The translations under genes and the position numbers were made by a program. From the NCBI GenBank assembly GCA_000002445.1, contig CH464491.1, forward strand, positions 3,936,001 to 4,000,000: a stretch of 64,000 nucleotides of DNA, in the 5' to 3' direction. Origin of the DNA: Trypanosoma brucei. Taxonomy: Eukaryota. The notes beneath the pieces were generated by a model that was not told the origin of the DNA, made no database searches, and was given only the letters and a program-made list of their open reading frames with translations. This document shows positions 57,533 through 64,000 of this stretch, one piece after another (the first letter of the stretch is position 1; each line of letters begins with the position of its first letter).

Positions 57533-58630
57533 TCAAGGCACCGTAAGGTCCTCCCAGTACGGATTGTCATGATCACTGGACACACCCTCTGGATCGCTCA
57601 GCCAACGCGAGTCACAGCGAAACACTCGGAAGTGATGGTTCAGTTCTTGAATAGCGTGAATTGAGACAGTGGAACCCAAACCACCGTGCACAGGGTTGGG
57701 GAAACAGTAGAAAACACGCCTCACCCTGCTGTGAACAAGGGCCATGGAGCACATTACGCAAGGCTCATGACTAACAAACATGTCCATACCATTGGCGAGG
57801 TACGACGCGTCGCCTTCAACCTCTCGGTCTTTACACTGCTTGCGAGTGACTTCCTTTAACACGAATGTTACAGGATGATCCAGCACCACTCGATTGGATT
57901 TGCGGCACCCGGAATTGGAAACATAACCAAGACACGCTGCACTATTCCCCCGTTTAAGTGCGTGCTCCTCACCACTAGAAACAAGCACGCGGTAACCATC
58001 AGAGGGATCAACTAATACCGCCGCAATCCCAAGGGTTTCGTCCGTGCGAAGCCGCTTTGCTAACGGCATAACCACCGTACGAAAAATGCGCTGGATGCTC
58101 CCCATCTCGCACTCCGACAACTGTGTCGGTGCACGTGGCTTTGGTGTGGCGAAAGGCCAAATCTGACACCATTTGGTCCATTCCTCGGCGGAACTGCGCG
58201 GTGCCCTATCCGGAACCCACACCCTGTGCACGGCAACAGTAGTATCCGCTGCTGACTCAAGTTCTTTCAACGCACTGCTGTCTACGGGACCGCCAACGCT
58301 CAAAAGGAGCTCCAGTATGTGGCTATTTTCTGCCGCTGGGGTACCTAAAGCGGCACTGTTTCTCTCACAGCCGTCAGAGATCGTACTAGTGGCAACGGAG
58401 CTGTCACGTTTATCGCAAATAACACCCCCAGCAAAGCCATCCATGGGAGCAGTGGCAACTCGGGTCGCCGAAGAACGGCGGATACGCTTCAGATGGCAAG
58501 CATGTGGCTTGAGGGGGAGTAATTTGTTGGCAATACTCAGGAACATGGTGCACAAGCGTTCCTGCTGCACGTACGTGGCCAAAGCACTTACAAGTTTGGG
58601 GGGTTCCTCCGGTACCACCACCTCCTCCAT
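57533..58630 (-). CDS. ADAT3: tRNA-specific adenosine deaminase subunit, ADAT3/Tad3-like (CDA-fold deaminase lacking the catalytic Glu)
   Basis: 365 aa, ATG verified. The zinc-binding motifs are DHPV (H-x-V instead of HAE) and SHEPCVMCSMALVHSRVRRVFY (PCxxC). Confidence 0.7.
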   Translation of the reverse strand: MEEVVVPEEPPKLVSALATYVQQERLCTMFLSIANKLLPLKPHACHLKRIRRSSATRVATAPMDGFAGGVICDKRDSSVATSTISDGCERNSAALGTPAAENSHILELLLSVGGPVDSSALKELESAADTTVAVHRVWVPDRAPRSSAEEWTKWCQIWPFATPKPRAPTQLSECEMGSIQRIFRTVVMPLAKRLRTDETLGIAAVLVDPSDGYRVLVSSGEEHALKRGNSAACLGYVSNSGCRKSNRVVLDHPVTFVLKEVTRKQCKDREVEGDASYLANGMDMFVSHEPCVMCSMALVHSRVRRVFYCFPNPVHGGLGSTVSIHAIQELNHHFRVFRCDSRWLSDPEGVSSDHDNPYWEDLTVP

Positions 58631-59030
58631 CTCTGAGGAACTTAGTCACGAACAGTGATGAAAACAGCAAAACGCATGGTGAAAAACGGCACACATGATA
58701 GAGATCACCAATAAGGATAACAATTGCACAGCCTCATTACCGTGTATACCTCCAGAAATAGAAGGGAGACTCCCTGCTGCTCAAGGGACCTGAAGAGCCA
58801 CAACTGAGTTCTCAGCAACCGTTACTTGCACAACAGGTCGTTAAACTACCCCTTACATACACTCCCATCACCCGTACACCGCCCTCCGTTGTATGAACCG
58901 CCCAAAACGACAACCGAACCGTAGCCTTTCCGTCCGCAAGGAAAGGTGATGAAGGAATGAATCGTACCTACAGAACCGATAGAAAGAGAGTGATATATTC
59001 CTTTCAACCAATTAATCCACACTCTCACAA

Positions 59031-59855
59031 CTACTTGGCAGATTGCTGGTCATGTGAGACACGAATCACCCTCAGATGCTCCCCCGTGTAGCGCTCCGCC
59101 GTTACAGTAACATTCACGGGATAACACCTATCATTAGGGAACGTACCTCGAATCACCTCCATCAACTCCTCAACATCATTTTCGCGTATGGCGACAATAT
59201 AGCAAACTCCACGGCTAGATAGAAAAGATGGAAGTTTCGAAATAAAGCGATCAACCACCACGCGGCCCCGAGGTCCCCCACACCATGCCGCCGTTATGAG
59301 ATCCTTCCCAGCTTCCGCGCTCTGAAGTTCCTCCATTGTCGTTGGGACGTACGGAGGATTGAAGAGTATCACATCGAATGTGAACTCCTCCTTTTCCTCC
59401 TTTGTGTATTCTGTAATGTCACTCGCTTCATGTTCAAAAGGACTGAACAAATCACCTCGGTGAAGGTGAAGTGGCAAGATTGTGTCTCCTCCAATAATGC
59501 GTTTTTGCGTATTGTGCCAAGTAATACTCGTTGCCTCGAGAGCAACTGGGTTCACATCAACAGCGTGAAACTCTGCTGTTGACTTCTCAGCACTGCCACT
59601 ACCTAAGTTACCACCCTCCGTAGCTCCCAAGAGAAGGAGCATCAAATGCGAAATGACAGTGCCCGACCCGCAGCCAATTTCTACACAGCGCCGAGGTTGC
59701 AGCGCGCGGAGAAGATGAGCATCCTTGTCAAGCGCCTCCAGCAACAGAAATGTGTCCGCCTCCGGTTCGTAGACGTTAGTCCGAAAGCGCTCCTCCGTGA
59801 TGCAGTGGAGGTAGTCTGGGGTAACTGCCATGAGCGGGAACCACTGCTGTGTCAT
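59031..59855 (-). CDS. Mtq2/HemK2 (N6AMT1)-like protein methyltransferase (eRF1 glutamine methyltransferase family)
   Basis: 274 aa, ATG verified. It has the SAM-binding VEIGCGSG motif, the NPPY motif in FDVILFNPPYVP, and an N-terminal YEPEADTFLLLEAL characteristic of Mtq2. Confidence 0.82.
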   Translation of the reverse strand: MTQQWFPLMAVTPDYLHCITEERFRTNVYEPEADTFLLLEALDKDAHLLRALQPRRCVEIGCGSGTVISHLMLLLLGATEGGNLGSGSAEKSTAEFHAVDVNPVALEATSITWHNTQKRIIGGDTILPLHLHRGDLFSPFEHEASDITEYTKEEKEEFTFDVILFNPPYVPTTMEELQSAEAGKDLITAAWCGGPRGRVVVDRFISKLPSFLSSRGVCYIVAIRENDVEELMEVIRGTFPNDRCYPVNVTVTAERYTGEHLRVIRVSHDQQSAK

Positions 59856-60131
59856 ATAACAATAGAGAAATCATAAAAAATAGCAGTAAACAAGAAGTGC
59901 TCATGAGGCGGGAAAACAGTTCACCGGGCACACCCTCATACATTTTTTTTTCCGATCGAGCGCCGGGGTCAACAAGATATTTGAAAAAAAGAAAAACGCA
60001 ACAATAAGTTTGCCCTCATTCCGCCAGCGCGTAGGCATACAAAAGAGACCAGGTAATAGCAGCACGCTCCAAAAACACACGATCATCCTTTGCCTTAGCA
60101 CAACCCGGTGTAATGTCATGCACAAAAGTGC

Positions 60132-61175
60132 CTACACCATATCAAGTCCCACACATGTAAGGGGAGGAATGCGAATGCGCTTTAATTCATCCAAAAGCAA
60201 CAACTCACTACGTTCGTTCAACTGCATGACCGAAGTTTCCGAAAATGCCTGTACAATATCATGCCTACTGATTCCTGTCAAACCGTCAAAGACAGTAACC
60301 TCCCCGACATCGCCAACATCATCACAGGTATCGCTAACACATTCAACAAAACTTTCCACGCATTGTTTCCTGCGGCCCCGCACATGAAGTTCGCCGATGT
60401 GGAGGTACGCTCCCAGTTTCTCTAAAAAAGTGTCGGACACGCATGGCCCCTTCTTTACATCGTTTCCAATCACCAACGTGCGCCGCAACACTAAACTGTC
60501 CACCTTATTGACACCACCCTCACCGCCAGCGGGGCACTCGGAGATTTTCGTAAGATTAGAGACGAACAAATTGCGCAACAGTACCCACGGTGAATGAGGA
60601 AGGTACGCGATGAGCAACGCATGCGGGTGACCAGGAATATATGCACCGTACAGATTGCACTCTTCCATCACCACTCCCAATTTATCGCAGCACTTCGTGT
60701 GCACTTCAGTAGCCACAGGGTCAAAGAAACAAGCCCTGACGGTGGGCGTAGAAGGTTGCAGACCATCCCCATTGTTAGAAGGGACTGATGATAACTTCGA
60801 TCTGATCAGATGTCGGACGAAGGACTCGCACTCCGATTGTAAAACAATAAATAGAGCCATCTGTAGAAACCCTGCACGTGACTCCTCATACGTAAACGGT
60901 CCAATACCTAAAGCAACGAGTTTGATTCCGGTGAGACCATTGGAATGCGCATTCAGAAAATGTCGTAGTGGGGAGATGACATCCCTCCGCACGAACGCCA
61001 ACCCCCGGAGGAACCGCGCAGCCTTGCGAAGATGCTTCACCTCTGCTGCGGTACTTCGGGACGGGATTGTTGTAACTAATGAGGAGACGCCTTTGCCACC
61101 ACCCGCTGATTTCGCGGCATTGGCTTCTCGACGTCTGCGTGAGGGTTGCTGCCGCTGCTGCACAACGGTCCACAT
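60132..61175 (-). CDS. SRR1-domain-like protein
   Basis: The listed ORF starts at TTG, so I use the first ATG at 61175 (MWTVVQQRQQ...). The SRR1-like blocks are IKLVALGIGPF, CFFDPVAT and LLIAYLPHSPWVLLRNL. Confidence 0.55.
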   Translation of the reverse strand: MWTVVQQRQQPSRRRREANAAKSAGGGKGVSSLVTTIPSRSTAAEVKHLRKAARFLRGLAFVRRDVISPLRHFLNAHSNGLTGIKLVALGIGPFTYEESRAGFLQMALFIVLQSECESFVRHLIRSKLSSVPSNNGDGLQPSTPTVRACFFDPVATEVHTKCCDKLGVVMEECNLYGAYIPGHPHALLIAYLPHSPWVLLRNLFVSNLTKISECPAGGEGGVNKVDSLVLRRTLVIGNDVKKGPCVSDTFLEKLGAYLHIGELHVRGRRKQCVESFVECVSDTCDDVGDVGEVTVFDGLTGISRHDIVQAFSETSVMQLNERSELLLLDELKRIRIPPLTCVGLDMV

Positions 61176-61577
61176 GAGGCAAACACCACAGACACAGAGT
61201 GCCAGCGTGCAACTTATAATGCATAGTAAATAAAAAAGAGGAAAGGCCAAGAGAAAGGAGAACACCTGACAACAAAAAAAAACGGAAGGAACAATCACGT
61301 TGCAGGGGACATAACGTACTTCCCTCGTTGACCACCTCCGGCGGTCCCTGTAGTGAAGTGCCAACAAGCAAAGGAGTTAAATGACTAATAACGGAAAAGT
61401 GAACAAGGAGCTACATGAGGGGAGAAGCATAAGCGATCTTGCAAATGCAACCCACGTCCGCCTCTACGCGCTTTTACCACTAACTCTCCAGCATTTCCTC
61501 GGAGAAAAGTTTTTTTTTTTAAGGCACAGAAAACTGGTTCTAAGTGAAGAAATAAAACAAGTAACAGTGACACCAAC

Positions 61578-63806
61578 TCAACTATCAGCCGCTTCCGTGA
61601 TTAGACGCAGCCGTTCAACGGCCATTGCGAGCAAGGCAAATGTAGGAATGAATGCACGAAGGTGCGCGCCACGTTCCAATTCAAAAGTTAGAATATCCGA
61701 AATTTTATCAAAGTCTTCTACTGTCTGCGCTACTGGGATTGCCGTCCCAAAACTTTCCAAACCTTCGTAACGCCGTTTAATTATATCATTCACGGAATTC
61801 TGTAAGGCAATAACAGCTTCCTTATGCTCACGAAGGGAACACTCTGAAAGTTGGCACTTTTCCTGCCGGAGTTTGCCGGAAGCTCCCCGGCATTTTAGCT
61901 CTTTTTCCATTTTCCCAAGTTGATCAAGCAGAGACTTGCATCCGCCTGTGAGCGAAGTGGCAACAGCCTCGACGGTATCGCATGGTCCAGTAGCGAAGTT
62001 CATTGCGACAGGGTTGCCATCACAGGCAGCATTGCTACACCCACTTCTCCGTTGGACTTCCCGAAGCTTCAGTTCAAGTGATGCATTCCTCTGACGGAGC
62101 TCCTCAAGTGCCCACGAGAGTGCCGAGTTGTTGTCGCGGTCGCGGGTTAAATTAAGGTCGCTTCCCCTCACCTTTTTTTCAGGACTGCGCACAGCGTCTT
62201 TTATTGGGATCGATTCACCTGTTCCTTCAACTGGTGCACTAAAAAGGGGATTATTCCCTTCCCCACACTGCAGCCGTTCCCGTAGCCGCTGATTAGCTTT
62301 GACAGCCTCATTCAACTTGCTATGCCATTCCTGGGTTGCACGCCGAAGCGCACCTTGACCCTCTTCCAGTTTCCCAACTCTAAGAACTAAACTGGATACC
62401 ACCTGCCTCACACGGTCCATACCCTCCTCTCCATTCGACGATCCCTCTGCAGTGGGAATTTTCATATCTTCCCGGTTAACTTGCACTGAGTGATTGGGGG
62501 GTTTGCACATGGCCGGAATCTGCCTTTTATCCACCTTCTCCCCTGGGGTGAGGACATCACCCATCAAATTCGTGTCGTCGCATAAAACTTCCCCTTTTGG
62601 CATCGGCTTTTTGGATGAACCGACATTGATTTCTGTTTCTCGCACTTCGGGTGAGGCAGCCGCACTAATCTTCCCTTTCATTGTAGCGTCACGCGACCCG
62701 GCACATGAACCGCGCGCAGTAGATGACTTGTCCGAAGGTTTGTGAAGGCAACTCGCATAGCTGCCATTTTCTATCCCTCTAGGTATCTGCGTGCACCTCT
62801 GACCACTCTCCCTTCGCTCCAGCTGTCGCGCCCCTCTCACGGAATCATCCGCCCCACAGGGCCCAAAACTGGAGGCAGAAAGCAAAACCTGACTACTGGA
62901 AAGCGAAGGTCCGCCAGAAGCACCCACCTGTTTTCGTCGCAGCCTTCCCTCTGCGGTGGTGTAGTATATTACCGACATAAACCGAATAAGCCGCAAACTT
63001 CCACGGGGAGCGGGCTGTGGATCAGGAATAGCTACGAGGTGGGTCACAGCGGCAGGTGGAATGAAATCACGCATTGCGGAAGTGAAGAACTTGCAAGACT
63101 GAAAAGTTTGGCTTTTACCCACACCACCGCTGCGCAGCAACAAAGACAACTGGAGCAAAGCCCCAGAGTCGCACCCCATTTCGGCAACCACAAGTGAACC
63201 ACCACCTTCGAGTTCAATCCGAAGCAGTAAAACCGATTCCCGCTGCAACGTTCCTCGAATCAGATGCACATGCCGCTCGTGGATGAGCTGCACGAACGCG
63301 CCCCACTCTGAGGATAATCCCCCACAATTCACGTCGAAGCGCTGCACCTCCTCCCACCAATGTATATCCTGCTGCTTCAATAAGTCCCGAGCCTTCGTCC
63401 CCTTCACCCTGAACGATATCGCGGATACCAGTACTTGCGATGGGTGCTGAGCACCCGTAAAAACTGCTGACAGCAACCGTGTAAAGAGATCCATCGCAAC
63501 TTCCAGCTTCTCTCCCGCTGCCTTTACAGCCCCTTTTATAATTTTGCTGCCGCAACCTCCCTCGTCATCGTCTTCAGGCAACACAACCACCAGGGCAGCA
63601 TTTCCGCCGTCCCGAAGCCTTGCGAGTAGGGGATCAACCACGTGTCCCACTGCGTCGTGGGCCGGGCTCAACACGTGCGAAAAGAAATGGGGACCTGAGC
63701 ACTGGTCGTGCCGTACCACCAAACCATCTTCAAATACGCCATCGAAGAAGTCCGTACAGCGAGCCTCGTGAGGAATAATGCAAAAAGTGCGTAAGGTCGG
63801 GTCCAT
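61578..63806 (-). CDS. Kinesin-like protein with degenerate motor-domain motifs (putative pseudo-kinesin) plus C-terminal coiled-coil
   Basis: 742 aa, ATG verified. The N-terminal ~300 aa follow the kinesin motor layout: LRTFCIIP, then FFDGVF, then VVDPLLARLRDGGNAALVVVLPEDDDEGGCGSK (in the P-loop position, not GQTGSGKT), then VSAISFRVKGTKARDLL, then LLLRIELEGGGSLVVAEMGCDSG (in the DLAGSE position). The C-terminal half is coiled-coil. Confidence 0.6.
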   Translation of the reverse strand: MDPTLRTFCIIPHEARCTDFFDGVFEDGLVVRHDQCSGPHFFSHVLSPAHDAVGHVVDPLLARLRDGGNAALVVVLPEDDDEGGCGSKIIKGAVKAAGEKLEVAMDLFTRLLSAVFTGAQHPSQVLVSAISFRVKGTKARDLLKQQDIHWWEEVQRFDVNCGGLSSEWGAFVQLIHERHVHLIRGTLQRESVLLLRIELEGGGSLVVAEMGCDSGALLQLSLLLRSGGVGKSQTFQSCKFFTSAMRDFIPPAAVTHLVAIPDPQPAPRGSLRLIRFMSVIYYTTAEGRLRRKQVGASGGPSLSSSQVLLSASSFGPCGADDSVRGARQLERRESGQRCTQIPRGIENGSYASCLHKPSDKSSTARGSCAGSRDATMKGKISAAASPEVRETEINVGSSKKPMPKGEVLCDDTNLMGDVLTPGEKVDKRQIPAMCKPPNHSVQVNREDMKIPTAEGSSNGEEGMDRVRQVVSSLVLRVGKLEEGQGALRRATQEWHSKLNEAVKANQRLRERLQCGEGNNPLFSAPVEGTGESIPIKDAVRSPEKKVRGSDLNLTRDRDNNSALSWALEELRQRNASLELKLREVQRRSGCSNAACDGNPVAMNFATGPCDTVEAVATSLTGGCKSLLDQLGKMEKELKCRGASGKLRQEKCQLSECSLREHKEAVIALQNSVNDIIKRRYEGLESFGTAIPVAQTVEDFDKISDILTFELERGAHLRAFIPTFALLAMAVERLRLITEAADS

Positions 63807-64000
63807 ACCTCCAACATGCAGTCACACGAAGAAGGAATAAACAAGTGAAGCACAAATAAATGGGTTAGAAACAACTGATGAATCAAAAGGAAAAGGCAGG
63901 ATGAAAAGGGGGGGGAAACACTGCGGAGTCACGTCTATGTCAACGCCTTCAACGAGCTGTAGTGATATTGAAACTGTGAGTGCACTTTACGTGCTTTCCA

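Overview
The window reads as a trypanosomatid nuclear chromosome segment, most like an African trypanosome (Trypanosoma brucei-type composition and gene content). It is almost certainly one ~63 kb unidirectional polycistronic transcription unit. Every credible protein-coding gene (about 30) lies on the minus strand. There are no introns and no strand switch. Genes are separated by purine-rich intergenic stretches on the + strand, which are polypyrimidine tracts on the transcribed strand. Housekeeping genes I can recognise: an Fe-superoxide dismutase, a divergent mitochondrial HSP60 paralog, Rab2, a Rab-like GTPase without a prenylation motif, a DnaJ, a PlsC-type acyltransferase, Tsr3, a p24/emp24 cargo receptor, TMEM14, phosphopantetheine adenylyltransferase, an ADAT3-like tRNA deaminase subunit, Mtq2/HemK2 methyltransferase, an SRR1-like protein and a histone-fold protein. 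The rest are conserved hypothetical or low-complexity proteins. The provided ORF track accepts GTG and TTG as starts. I re-derived several start codons from the sequence and moved them to the first in-frame ATG where that was warranted. The items worth a second look are: (1) a 3.5 kb gene for a highly acidic protein whose C-terminal ~2.5 kb is a hierarchical tandem-repeat array (a 24-bp sub-repeat nested in ~174-366 bp macro-repeats), which leaves giant spurious ORFs open on both strands; (2) a kinesin-fold protein with degenerate ATP-binding motifs, likely a catalytically dead pseudo-motor; (3) an intergenic tandem duplication at ~9.73-10.16 kb that carries C, C' and D box-like motifs on the minus strand, a candidate pair of C/D snoRNA genes; (4) a cysteine-rich ORF split over two frames at ~16.0-16.7 kb with no usable ATG, possibly a frameshifted zinc-finger gene or pseudogene; (5) gene-free low-complexity intervals of 2.6-3.3 kb that are unusually long; and (6) G-quadruplex-capable and homopolymer tracts. 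I see no tRNA, rRNA, CRISPR or recognisable transposon or retroposon, and no evidence for a discrete novel system beyond these items. All family assignments rest on visible motifs and would need confirming by database search.
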